Virus record (IMG/VR): IMGVR_UViG_3300045988_137103
Source of the DNA: a virus
DNA: 64,000 nucleotides
Strand: one strand, 5' to 3'
The notes beneath the pieces were generated by a model that made no database searches, was not told the DNA's origin, and was given only the letters and a program-made list of their open reading frames with translations. Below, piece by piece: positions 49,565-59,221 of this stretch (position 1 is its first letter; each line of letters opens with the position of its first letter). The position numbers and the translations under genes were made by a program.

Positions 49565-50116
49565 TTATAATCTAGAGATTAAACTTTGACAGCCCTTGCC
49601 TGAGAAATACTTATCAGCAAACCCATATACATAAAATATAATGGTCATTACAAGTATTACAACATTAGCTTCCAACATTTCGTTGGTAGTAAAAACATTC
49701 CAATATACAATGTGTATAGCATTAATACCGAATAGGTATATAATCATAGGAATACGCCATCTGTAGCAGAGCCAGAAGAACCTACTTGCAAGTATAAGCA
49801 CAAGCGGATGGATGTAAACTGAGAAATATATAAATGCTGCCGATACCCAATTCTCCTTAAACCATACGCACATTTCTTTTTCATGAGACGCAAATGTTAC
49901 CATGCATGCAATATGAAAAAGCATGATAAACAGAGGCATCACTTCACAATAATACTTGAACCAAGTGAGTAGCTTCACGCTGTAGCCTCTACCTGCAAGG
50001 ATAATGACGTTAATCATTTCGCTAACGTCCATACCCTTAAACATTACTCTTGACAACTGTACTACACCGACTGATTGAACTAACCGATGGACTTCATCTT
50101 CTTCCTCTTTAGTCAT
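49565..50116 (-). CDS. Polytopic membrane protein (183 aa)
   Basis: Four to five hydrophobic helices. A -7 box TATTTTTG lies on the minus strand at 50191-50198. Confidence 0.6.
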   Translation of the reverse strand: MTKEEEDEVHRLVQSVGVVQLSRVMFKGMDVSEMINVIILAGRGYSVKLLTWFKYYCEVMPLFIMLFHIACMVTFASHEKEMCVWFKENWVSAAFIYFSVYIHPLVLILASRFFWLCYRWRIPMIIYLFGINAIHIVYWNVFTTNEMLEANVVILVMTIIFYVYGFADKYFSGKGCQSLISRL

Positions 50117-50434
50117 AAATTCTTCTCCTTTTGTTTTTGGGTTTATTATTTGTTCTTAGTTCCTCATTCTTAATAATAAGGAAAGTGCTGCAAAAATAAA
50201 CAATTCTGCACAAAAACATTCATTTTGTGCCATTTTTTATAGTTAAACTTTGCTAAAGTAACAATCCGTAAGCAGATATTAGCGGAGCTTACTAATAAAC
50301 ACACCATTTGATTGATTGATTGACACAGTTTTTTATGTAGTATTCAGATAGAGGTTATCTCTTCTACTATGTCGTTTCCTCTCATGTAAATTTCTACTAC
50401 CTTATGCTGGCTGATGATGCGACTGATTTCACTC

Positions 50435-51706
50435 TCACTTGGAATTTCGTTTAATATTTTTATTTGACGTTTCTCGTAATCCATAGTAATTATCCATTAA
50501 AAATTCGAAATCTCTGCTATTTTTCTTCTTTAGCAGCTTTCGATTAATCATATCTCTCTTGTATTTATTCTTTACGCAAACACATTCATAATGACCTTTG
50601 ATATAAAGATGTCTGTAAAATCTTAAATCCATTTCTAACATAACACACTTTCTGATCTCGTAGCTGTCGCAGTGTCTCATTAACCCAAGATAACTGTTGA
50701 TAGAGCAAATGTAATGTTGCAACTCCTCTATGCTATAGTTTTCGGGTAATGTGTTCATGTGATGTATCAATTGCTTAAAATTACTCACCATGCGGTTACT
50801 GGCATAAATTCTATCTCGTTTCACTACCATGCCTGTAAACTTGATTCCCTTGTATACGGATTGCAGCTCTATCTTCCTTGGATGTAAGGTCACACCTATA
50901 TTGGCAAGATATTTTCTTATTTTAGGCGCAGAAGCTAGTAATACTTGCTTATCCTGATGAATCAGGAAGAAATCGTCAACGTATCTACCATGATAATAGA
51001 TATGCAGAATTATTTCAAGCATCCAGTCAAAATCGTTAAGCCAGAAGTTGGCATCATGCTGGCTTGTAAGATTGCCGATAGGAAGACCGTGATTCTCCTT
51101 CGCCCCTCGCAAAGTTTTGCCTAGTGGTACTTTTGCCATAGATTCTTCAGAAGAACGCTTAATACAGTTCTTTGTCGGATCGTTCATTATTGTGACACGA
51201 GATAAGTAGCGCAAGTCTTCTATATCATCACCCTTGTAATTATCTACAATAAAAGCATCCACTTTATCAGCGAGTTCTGTTCTCGGAATACTCATAAAGA
51301 AGCCTTTCATGTCGCATTTCAAATACCAGCACGGCTTGGTAAAGTTCTCGGAACATTCTTTGATGTCTGCTGCAAGTTGTTTTACTCCATAGAGTTGACC
51401 CTTACCTGTGCGACAATTATATGTTCTATCACTAAACACTCCTTCAAACAAAGGTTCTAATCTGAGCGCAATATAATGATGGATAACTCTATCACGAAAA
51501 TTAGCAGCGAAAACCTCACGGTAAACAGGTCGAGAGACAACAAAGGTAATGGATGGCATCGGCTCATAAGTCCTGGAGTTTATCCTTTCAACCAAATCCG
51601 TTATATTTTCGAATAAGTACGTTTCAAACCTTATTGCATCTGGCGATGATGCCTTGCCTTTTCGGCAGTCTTCGTAGGCTGCCATTATATATTCTGCCTT
51701 TACCAT
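50435..51706 (-). CDS. DGR reverse transcriptase
   Basis: RT motifs including LPIGNLTSQ (the DGR-type motif 4) and GRYVDDFFLIH (YxDD). Lies 31 nt downstream of TR. Confidence 0.9.
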   Translation of the reverse strand: MVKAEYIMAAYEDCRKGKASSPDAIRFETYLFENITDLVERINSRTYEPMPSITFVVSRPVYREVFAANFRDRVIHHYIALRLEPLFEGVFSDRTYNCRTGKGQLYGVKQLAADIKECSENFTKPCWYLKCDMKGFFMSIPRTELADKVDAFIVDNYKGDDIEDLRYLSRVTIMNDPTKNCIKRSSEESMAKVPLGKTLRGAKENHGLPIGNLTSQHDANFWLNDFDWMLEIILHIYYHGRYVDDFFLIHQDKQVLLASAPKIRKYLANIGVTLHPRKIELQSVYKGIKFTGMVVKRDRIYASNRMVSNFKQLIHHMNTLPENYSIEELQHYICSINSYLGLMRHCDSYEIRKCVMLEMDLRFYRHLYIKGHYECVCVKNKYKRDMINRKLLKKKNSRDFEFLMDNYYGLRETSNKNIKRNSK

Positions 51707-51737
51707 TACTATTATCTCCCTAACTCTCCTAACTAGT

Positions 51738-51864
51738 GCTGTAACAGGACGAACCCGATTCGAATTGTCAACCTTACCGTTGTTGTTCCGATTGCCATTC
51801 GAGAAATTCAGATTCCACGCATTCGTGCCAGAATTCTCAACGCACGACCAGTAATTCGTCCGCT
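51738..51864 (-). repeat. DGR template repeat (TR), 127 nt
   Basis: Gap-free alignment to 52503-52629. All 15 mismatches are T on the plus strand in TR, which is A on the coding strand. TR carries 12 AAY codons. Confidence 0.9.
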
Positions 51865-52015
51865 ATTTTCTCGCTCTTTATTATACATCTTAGCTGCTTC
51901 GCTACACCGAACAAATGATGATGCGACTTGACAGCAGCGAGACCATTATTTATGGAGAATCACATTCTATAATAAGCCTTGACCTAATTATACTCTAGCT
52001 TTATTCGAAGAAGGA

Positions 52016-52363
52016 CTAACCTTTCTTCGAATTTCCCCAAGCTGTAGCCTGTCTACCGATGGCGGTTGTCAGTCTGCAAATATCAGCAGCTTGCTTCTCT
52101 GAGAATAATTTCCTCTTGAAGCAAAGGCGAAGGACAGTTTTGAGGAGTTCGAATTTTACTCGGAATCCCATCATATACTGATGCCTGTTATCCGCATACA
52201 TATTCGCTAGCTGGATGTACTCGAAAAGTTCAAGAGCAACGCTTGTCATTTTCTCACCCAAATCGTAACGATACATTCTCGGAAAGCTAACCTTCATCGC
52301 GGTGAGTTTATCGACCAATTCAAACGTATCTTTATATATTTGTAAATCCTTCGCTAATGCCAT
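52016..52363 (-). CDS. avd: DGR accessory variability determinant (four-helix-bundle protein)
   Basis: 115-aa basic helical protein lying between the target gene and TR. LQIYKDTFELV...FPRMYRYDLGEKM fits the Avd / 23S-rRNA-IVS protein family pattern. Confidence 0.75.
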   Translation of the reverse strand: MALAKDLQIYKDTFELVDKLTAMKVSFPRMYRYDLGEKMTSVALELFEYIQLANMYADNRHQYMMGFRVKFELLKTVLRLCFKRKLFSEKQAADICRLTTAIGRQATAWGNSKKG

Positions 52364-52449
52364 AGATATTCCAGCTTATTGCCACTAATTATTCGTGATA
52401 TTGTTATTATTTATATGTTCGTATCTCTCTATCTCTTAACCTTGCTTGA

Positions 52450-52464
52450 CCGACCTGCGGTCGG
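52450..52464 (-). promoter_or_regulatory. GC-rich hairpin 38 nt downstream of VR
   Basis: CCGACC-TGC-GGTCGG, a 6-bp stem and 3-nt loop. It has no U-tract on the minus strand. Confidence 0.35.
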
Positions 52465-52495
52465 AAAGAGATAAAGAGGTGAAGAGATAAAATGA

Positions 52496-53272
52496 TTAAA
52501 ATGCTGTAACAGGACGAACCCGATACGAAGTGTCAACCTTACCGTCGTAGCTCCGATTGCCAGTCGAGAAACCCAGACCCCACGCACGCGTGCCAGAACC
52601 CTCAACGCACGACCAGTAATACGTCCGCTGCAAGAGTGATACAGACTGCTTTCCAGCATCCCTGATACGCTGTAGGGCGAGATTGATAGTCTCGAAGTGC
52701 TGATGGATGAGAGATAAATCTCCCATCGTTGGCAACCACCAGTGATGCTTGCCAATCTGGCATATCTTGCTACCTTCAGCACGCTTCGTCATATAGTTCC
52801 AGCAGTATGCAACCGCATACGTTGCAGGATCATCGTTCTTATAGTAGCTGCTCGCCATGACGCCAGCAGTACGTGTTGCACCATCGAAGGTATTCATGTC
52901 GCCTGATGTCTGATACCCGACAGAGCTGCTATTCTGCACGCTTCCCCATTTCATCGCTGCCGACGGCTCAGTCAGAGCAATACCCAGTCTGTAGCCACCA
53001 TGCTGGATAACGATAGCATCAGCATCGGCAGATGAAATGCCAATTGATGTTGTCTGCCATGGTTCTATGCGCATGTACGAGCCGATATTGTCGGTATCGC
53101 CTCCGCTCTGCGTTCCCCATCCGTCATTCTGTATCTTACCGATATACACTCCATCCTGCAAAGGACGAAGGTTCTGATTAAGATAAGCCTGCATGCTTGC
53201 CTTGCTTGCGTTCGTGACCGCTTCTCCGTTCTGAGATAGCCAGTCACTCATTCTTTTTGTTTTTATTCCCAT
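52496..53272 (-). CDS. DGR variable (target) protein, DUF1566/C-type-lectin-fold-like
   Basis: VR occupies the last 42 codons (...YYWSCVEGSGTRAWGLGFSTGNRSYDGKVDTSYRVRPVTAF). HHWWLPTMGDLSLI resembles the W-x-LPT motif of DUF1566. Confidence 0.85.
   Translation of the reverse strand: MGIKTKRMSDWLSQNGEAVTNASKASMQAYLNQNLRPLQDGVYIGKIQNDGWGTQSGGDTDNIGSYMRIEPWQTTSIGISSADADAIVIQHGGYRLGIALTEPSAAMKWGSVQNSSSVGYQTSGDMNTFDGATRTAGVMASSYYKNDDPATYAVAYCWNYMTKRAEGSKICQIGKHHWWLPTMGDLSLIHQHFETINLALQRIRDAGKQSVSLLQRTYYWSCVEGSGTRAWGLGFSTGNRSYDGKVDTSYRVRPVTAF
52503..52629 (-). repeat. DGR variable repeat (VR), 127 nt
   Basis: Identical to TR except at 15 TR-adenine positions. The 3' end (coding sense), CGGGTTCGTCCTGTTACAGC, is invariant and is IMH-like. 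Confidence 0.9.
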
Positions 53273-53290
53273 TTTACTTCTGTGTTTATA

Positions 53291-54457
53291 TTAACTAATT
53301 TCATCACTGGCATCTACCAGAAAATTCAAATCCTTTGCACTACAAATTGATATGTCAAATTCAGCCTCTGTGCTGACGAAATTACCAGACATACCAATGT
53401 AACCACAATTAAACCGTATTTGATTTGATGTTTTGTTTATCCATATCAATCTTCCAATTCTAGGAGTAATATTAACAATAGCATCCCCAGCAGCACCATT
53501 AAACCATTGTGATGGTAATGTAAGCGTGTATTCTCCTCTATCATCATAGGTGATACTCATTTTTCGATTGTCGAATGTTAGCTGACTCATCGTTACAGTA
53601 CCGGTATCTTTTATTTGCTTTCCTGTTATATGAGCATAAGCAAGAACATGTGAACTGTGTCCGTACAGGTATTGCGTCCCAATATAGGCTCTATTGAGTA
53701 CTATCCATCCATAGAAGGTGTCTGGGGTTCCATATCCCAGCAATTCTACAGCTTCCCTAGATATAACTAGTTTTTTCTTCTTCACACCGTCCTCGTAGAA
53801 ATAACATCCATCTGGGGCACTAATAGTTCCATACATATCGGCATATTCTCCATTCCAAAGATAGTTGACAAGTGTGACTCTACGACCACTCTGATTGGTA
53901 GTCCACTTAATGCTGAAGTTGTTGCCAAAAATATGGTTCCATCCAGATTCATCTGAAATAAGAGCAACATTGTCGCTATAATCAATATCCGTAGACGATG
54001 ACGCTAAAGTGAAAGGCACTCTTGTGGATCCTGTTATCTTTACATTTTCAAAATTACCACTCTTGCACACAATTCCATCTTTATCCGCCTTGAGAAGAAC
54101 ATTACCATTTCCTTCACCTTGGTCTGTGATAAGGATATTGTCAACACCAAGGTTATGGATATACGCCTTCCGTGCAAGGAATAGTCCAGTTGCAAGCCGC
54201 TTGTAGTCTGTGATAGGCTTGAAATAAATCGTGTTCGTAGGTACGACACCATTTCCCTTCACGAATGATCTGATGCACTGGTAAATGTTATCTCCATACA
54301 GAACAATGTCAATCCACTGCTCATCTCCTGTACCTGATTCTATTGCGGATCCATCGGGGATGTCTTCCCAAGGGCGAGGGCGTTCTGTTGCGCCCTTCGC
54401 TCCTTTTTCTATCTCTGCAATAGATCCAGTCGTTGTTGCTAAGATATTACTTCCCAT
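53291..54457 (-). CDS. Tail fibre / receptor-binding candidate (388 aa)
   Basis: Beta-rich with beta-helix-like repeats (GNGNVLLKADKDGIVCKSGNFENVKITG). Lies directly upstream of the DGR target. Confidence 0.55.
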   Translation of the reverse strand: MGSNILATTTGSIAEIEKGAKGATERPRPWEDIPDGSAIESGTGDEQWIDIVLYGDNIYQCIRSFVKGNGVVPTNTIYFKPITDYKRLATGLFLARKAYIHNLGVDNILITDQGEGNGNVLLKADKDGIVCKSGNFENVKITGSTRVPFTLASSSTDIDYSDNVALISDESGWNHIFGNNFSIKWTTNQSGRRVTLVNYLWNGEYADMYGTISAPDGCYFYEDGVKKKKLVISREAVELLGYGTPDTFYGWIVLNRAYIGTQYLYGHSSHVLAYAHITGKQIKDTGTVTMSQLTFDNRKMSITYDDRGEYTLTLPSQWFNGAAGDAIVNITPRIGRLIWINKTSNQIRFNCGYIGMSGNFVSTEAEFDISICSAKDLNFLVDASDEIS

Positions 54458-54460
54458 AGG

Positions 54461-55564
54461 CTAATCTGATGTTTGAATAATATAGGTTGCTCCACCATGA
54501 CCAACAATCATTTCGCTAGTAACCTCAAAGGTTTCTGCAGGAGTTTCGAACTTCTGCAGCGAAACACCGGCATTGTCGTAAATCCACATCTTGAACTTTT
54601 GATTTTTGACGGTATTACGTACACCATTATCATTATACCAGAGAATAGGCTTGTAGTAGATGGTCTTTCCATCTCCTCGGGTAAACTGCTCCACTGTAGG
54701 GAATCCGTTTTCGTCACAAGGGTTTGCGTGAATATTATAAGGGTCGGAAGCATCATTTACAGTCTGCACGTCCTGACCATACAAGTCGTCATTCTTATAT
54801 ACTTCTACTTTAACCAAAGCAGATGAATTTACCTGAGACTCCAATATCGTGAATACATCAGATGTTTCTGTCTGTAGGGTCCATGCTCCACTTTCTTCAA
54901 TATACCATTTAAATGTATATCCAAGACCTGCGGCAGATTTGTTATCAACCTGTGCCCGAAGTTTACAAGTTCCGTTCTTTGTGCGAATGGTAAAATAATT
55001 AGTATCACCTGCAACAATCGTTACCATCTTGGTGTTTTCTGTTCCAAGGGTAATTGATACCTGGTATGCACTTGATAGTTTAACAGAAGAGTTAACAACG
55101 GAAACATCTGCCTCACCTCTAATAAGGAAGGAATTGCATCCGTTCACCTTTACAAGGTTTTTATTTACTTGCAAAGCTTGAACTTTAATGTAGCCACTTT
55201 CAGCGTCACCAATCTGCTGCGTTGTCTTTGTGAAATGACCAGTATCCCCACCGAAGGTGTTTTTCGATACTCCCTGCGAATCAAACAGGATTTCAGTAGT
55301 ACCAATAAACCAGTGCATGTTAGCATTTTCTATGGATGCGAGACCATTTCCACTACCAACCTCGGAAGAGTAGGCCAGAAAAACTAACATAGGCTTGGTT
55401 ACTCCACTGGCTTCAAAGTCAGGAGCAATATTTGTGGGCGCATCAGCATCACCAAGATATGTTTGATATAAGTCACCTAATTGACATTGTATAACGGTAT
55501 AGAAAGTAGTACCATTGCTTACAACGGTAATCTGTCCGGTTGTAGACGCTTTTGCATTAACCAT
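54461..55564 (-). CDS. Tail-associated beta-rich protein (367 aa)
   Basis: Ig-like, beta-sandwich-type composition in the co-oriented structural block. Confidence 0.5.
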   Translation of the reverse strand: MVNAKASTTGQITVVSNGTTFYTVIQCQLGDLYQTYLGDADAPTNIAPDFEASGVTKPMLVFLAYSSEVGSGNGLASIENANMHWFIGTTEILFDSQGVSKNTFGGDTGHFTKTTQQIGDAESGYIKVQALQVNKNLVKVNGCNSFLIRGEADVSVVNSSVKLSSAYQVSITLGTENTKMVTIVAGDTNYFTIRTKNGTCKLRAQVDNKSAAGLGYTFKWYIEESGAWTLQTETSDVFTILESQVNSSALVKVEVYKNDDLYGQDVQTVNDASDPYNIHANPCDENGFPTVEQFTRGDGKTIYYKPILWYNDNGVRNTVKNQKFKMWIYDNAGVSLQKFETPAETFEVTSEMIVGHGGATYIIQTSD

Positions 55565-55847
55565 TATTCACCTCGCTTTCCTTTTTAGCAGCATCCTCTT
55601 TTACCTCATCAGGGTCATAGCACTTTGCTGGATTTTCTGTAGTACCATCAATCTCCATACGAGCCTGCTCTGGGGTGAGGAGTGCACCACCGACTTTCTC
55701 TGCACGTTCACTAAGTGTAAGCCCAGTCACACCATTCAAGTCGCTTTGAAACAAAATAATGTTTCCATCAGCACTTTTTGTGCCAGTTACGAAAGAAGGA
55801 AGAATCCTCTTCTTCACCTCTGGCTTAACTTTTACATAATATGCCAT
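55557..55847 (-). CDS. Hypothetical structural-block protein (96 aa)
   Basis: ATG ORF overlapping the downstream start by 8 nt. Confidence 0.55.
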   Translation of the reverse strand: MAYYVKVKPEVKKRILPSFVTGTKSADGNIILFQSDLNGVTGLTLSERAEKVGGALLTPEQARMEIDGTTENPAKCYDPDEVKEDAAKKESEVNNG

Positions 55848-55864
55848 ACTGAATTATATTTAGA

Positions 55865-57082
55865 TTAAACAATTACTGGCTTTTCAATGATTCTAGCATC
55901 TTCATCTACGAGATAGCTGCCTTCATCGTCAACCATAGCTGCGGTAGCACCACGATCACATATCTCCAGTTGAACAAACTTAGCCTTATCTGCTTCTACA
56001 GAAATTTCAGCTCCAGTACCGATGAGAGTTTTGGTTGTTGAAATGCTACCATCACTATTCCTGGCAGAAGTACAGATATACCAATTAGCGAAAGCTATGC
56101 TCTCCCAATTAGGTATCTCACCTTGCGTGTCAGAGACTATCGCTTTCAAAAGAATATTCACGTTACCGGTTACCCTTGCATTGGAATTGGTGAACATTGC
56201 TCTGATTGGAGGAAAACATCTTATGAGGGTAGTAGATGCAACAGGATCACCCGGCTCTGGTTCAGACGGAAGATTTCCATCTGTTCTGTAAGCACACTTA
56301 ACTTCATAGGTGATTTCCTCTCCCATTTTATCGCGGTCTACTGTGATAGACTTAATCTGACCATTTTCCCCAGTCGTAGCAGATGTTATCTCCCAGTTTT
56401 CTTCATCATCTACGCTAGTGATTAGTTTCTTGGTCTTATCGTTCATTACTCGATACCAGAAAATCTTTACCTTTGTGCTTTCCGTCATATTATGCGAGCC
56501 TACCATTACCAATGCTTTAATTGTTCTGGTAGGCTGTTGACGGAAGGGGTTCCATTTATCGGTGTTAGGCATATCAAGAGTTATGGAAGCTCTGGCATCC
56601 GTAACATCTTCTAGTACCAAAGGAATATCCTTTGTAAACCTGTAAGAATATCCGCTAACGGAATCCTCCCATGTGCCTACAAAACGAAGCGTTCTTCTTA
56701 CGCCCACAACAGCGTTGGAACTGACGGTTATCTGTCCCTTGCTATCACCTGATACGACAACCTGATAACCTTCCTTTGTACTTCCACTCTGCGTGGCAAT
56801 TTCAGTCTGTCCCGATGATGTAACCTCAATCCATCTGAACGAAGCGAGGGAAGAGTTTACCATGATAGACGAGACAGGGCTATCTGGGTCTATAAGTTGG
56901 CATTCAGGGAATACCACCAGATTAGAAGTGCTGTAGTCTGGTGTATAGAGATTGGTAACCGCATCATAAGTCTGGCGGTTAACTGTATTAGTCCTTACAA
57001 CCATGTTGCAGCATTGATGATAGCATACCGGCTGAATGTCTATCTTCTTTTGTTCTGACTGCGCTAAAATATTATTTGCCAT
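55865..57082 (-). CDS. Tail-associated beta-rich protein (405 aa)
   Basis: Beta-sandwich-like composition in the structural block. Confidence 0.5.
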   Translation of the reverse strand: MANNILAQSEQKKIDIQPVCYHQCCNMVVRTNTVNRQTYDAVTNLYTPDYSTSNLVVFPECQLIDPDSPVSSIMVNSSLASFRWIEVTSSGQTEIATQSGSTKEGYQVVVSGDSKGQITVSSNAVVGVRRTLRFVGTWEDSVSGYSYRFTKDIPLVLEDVTDARASITLDMPNTDKWNPFRQQPTRTIKALVMVGSHNMTESTKVKIFWYRVMNDKTKKLITSVDDEENWEITSATTGENGQIKSITVDRDKMGEEITYEVKCAYRTDGNLPSEPEPGDPVASTTLIRCFPPIRAMFTNSNARVTGNVNILLKAIVSDTQGEIPNWESIAFANWYICTSARNSDGSISTTKTLIGTGAEISVEADKAKFVQLEICDRGATAAMVDDEGSYLVDEDARIIEKPVIV

Positions 57083-57100
57083 AACAATAAATATTAAATA

Positions 57101-57970
57101 TTAAAATTGAACAGAATATGTAGCTGCCTTAGCTTCCGTTGTTGTCTGGTATTCTGCCGAGCAAGTAAAATATACTTGCCCTACTCTATATTCATCTCCG
57201 CCTAGGTCTTCATAGGTAATTGGAAGAGTTAAACCAACGTTATTATGAGCCTTATTCCATGCTAAATCTAATTCTTCATTTCCCGTATCTCGCTGCCAAA
57301 TTATATTTTTTAGTTTTTTAGTAACATCCAAACCATTATATCTTGCTTGCAAAGATAGCCTTGTAAAGGCCTTATAGCTGCCATCCGCATTGAGGACTCG
57401 TAACTGATAAGTCTTCCAGGTCCAGCCCATAGATGAAGACATCGCCAAAACAAAGCCTGAAGCTACAATACTTTCTGCTAAATTATTAATAGCTTCAGTA
57501 GTAGCTTTTTGACTCATTATTGAGCCAGGATTATTACCCATTTCTTGTTCTAGCTTGACCAGGTTATAAATCTCCCAATTATTGCCGAAAGTATAGATGA
57601 TACTGACACCTGCGTCAGCTATTACGCCTTTACCAAAATTGGAATATTCGCCTTCTTCCTTTGCTATATAAAACATTTTTGCTCCATCAGTCTTATCAGG
57701 AATGGTGGATGTTGTCGCAATCCCCATAAAGGTTGCTCCTCGTATTTTGCTTACGATATTAACTATATTAGTAATCAATTCATCCCAATAAGAATCACGC
57801 TTAGCATTAACACACCATGTTGCCCTATCAGCATTCCAATAGTGCGCCCATCCTTCTATATCTACGAAATCACCATCCACACCGCCATTGGGGTAACGGC
57901 GTTCTACAGCGTAAATATCGGGGAAAGTCCCTTTAAAATGGGAAGAAGATGTGTCCATATTACTAGCCAT
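57101..57970 (-). CDS. Tail or fibre protein candidate (289 aa)
   Basis: The N-terminal KGTFPDIYAVERRYPNGGVDGDFVDIEGWAHYWN pattern resembles N-termini I recall from phage fibre and collar proteins. Confidence 0.45.
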   Translation of the reverse strand: MASNMDTSSSHFKGTFPDIYAVERRYPNGGVDGDFVDIEGWAHYWNADRATWCVNAKRDSYWDELITNIVNIVSKIRGATFMGIATTSTIPDKTDGAKMFYIAKEEGEYSNFGKGVIADAGVSIIYTFGNNWEIYNLVKLEQEMGNNPGSIMSQKATTEAINNLAESIVASGFVLAMSSSMGWTWKTYQLRVLNADGSYKAFTRLSLQARYNGLDVTKKLKNIIWQRDTGNEELDLAWNKAHNNVGLTLPITYEDLGGDEYRVGQVYFTCSAEYQTTTEAKAATYSVQF

Positions 57971-57976
57971 AAAATA

Positions 57977-58708
57977 TTATATTTGAGATAATTGGTTATA
58001 CTTTTCTGCCAGCTCGCTCTCCTTCTTGCTTACAAGGAAGATGGAAACGGCACGATAAATGAGATATTTCTTGCATTCATCAGTTAGGGCAAGGATGATT
58101 TTCTGACCTATCACTTCGTTTTCATGCCCAGTTTCAGTAGAATGCACATCCTCCAACTTCTGATAAGGAATATAAGTGAACAGTTCAACCTCATGATCAT
58201 ATACAGCTCCAACAGGCGCATGGTTGGCATCATACCTACCAGCAGTCCAATACATCAGCACTCGTTTGCCTGTTATTGGTGATGTAGTAATCATACCTTT
58301 AGGCTTCTGGGGAGTTCCCCTGGTCCATCGGGATGCTTGCATCTGAGCCTCCTTGCTGCCCGGTTCCATCAGCATAGTCAGCGTACTTTGCCAACTTTTC
58401 AGTTTCAGTTCTACCAGTCTCAGCCAATCTTCAGGAATTGTCAGGCATCCATGACCATCTGTAAACTGCGTTTGGATGGCATCATAATCCTGTTTTCCAC
58501 TTTCATTCAGCGACACTTCTACCCTTTGGGGGAGAATCATCTGTGCCGGTGCTTGCAGCAAAATCTGTTGTGCTGCCGTTTCAATGGCTTGCTTCATTTC
58601 CGTGTCCGAGTCATCCGTAATGATGTCATTCACCTCATCATGGATCACTTCGTCCATAGCTATGCGCATTTCCTTCACAAGGTCACTCATAAGAACTTCC
58701 ATAAGCAA
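57977..58708 (-). CDS. Head-tail joining / head completion candidate (243 aa)
   Basis: Called from position only, two genes downstream of the capsid gene. Confidence 0.35.
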   Translation of the reverse strand: MLMEVLMSDLVKEMRIAMDEVIHDEVNDIITDDSDTEMKQAIETAAQQILLQAPAQMILPQRVEVSLNESGKQDYDAIQTQFTDGHGCLTIPEDWLRLVELKLKSWQSTLTMLMEPGSKEAQMQASRWTRGTPQKPKGMITTSPITGKRVLMYWTAGRYDANHAPVGAVYDHEVELFTYIPYQKLEDVHSTETGHENEVIGQKIILALTDECKKYLIYRAVSIFLVSKKESELAEKYNQLSQI

Positions 58709-58741
58709 GAAACCTATTAACTATAAATTATAAACTATAAA

Positions 58742-59119
58742 CTAAAACTCTATCACCACGCCCAGCTCTTTAGCCTTCTCCTTCACACTCTCAGGTGATT
58801 TCAGTTTCCTTACATCTACCTTAAAAGTCTTCTGGAGATAGTTCTTGGCCTTGGTGATATTCTCGAAACGAAGGGCATTCTCGTCCTTCACCTGCTCTTC
58901 TTTTTGTTGCTGAATCTGCACCTCTTCCGGCTGGCTCTCATCAATGATACGGCCTGCCTTCGTAAGAGGATGTTTCCTGATGCATTCTGCCACCTGCTTG
59001 TTATCCGTAATGTACGAATAGGCATCGTTGCTGCACCGTTCAAACTCAATGTTCTTGATCAGTCCGCTCGGCAGAGTCACAACAAAGATGAGCATGCTCT
59101 TAGCTACAAATCTATACAT
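58742..59119 (-). CDS. Hypothetical structural-block protein (125 aa)
   Basis: ATG ORF immediately downstream of the capsid gene. Confidence 0.55.
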   Translation of the reverse strand: MYRFVAKSMLIFVVTLPSGLIKNIEFERCSNDAYSYITDNKQVAECIRKHPLTKAGRIIDESQPEEVQIQQQKEEQVKDENALRFENITKAKNYLQKTFKVDVRKLKSPESVKEKAKELGVVIEF

Positions 59120-59221
59120 ATCTATTTGTGTTTATGGTGAGAAGGGATAGTGAGGCTGTATTAGCCTCAACTATCCCCTAGATTGATATATGTAGAAAAC
59201 TATCAGTTTCCTATACGATGA

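Noticed and set aside
52429-52782. A 117-aa minus-strand ORF overlapping the VR region in another frame.
   Set aside because: The frame ending in ...YRVRPVTAF places the AAY-derived variable codons in register with TR and continues into a 258-aa protein. The alternative frame gives Arg/Ser-rich sequence.
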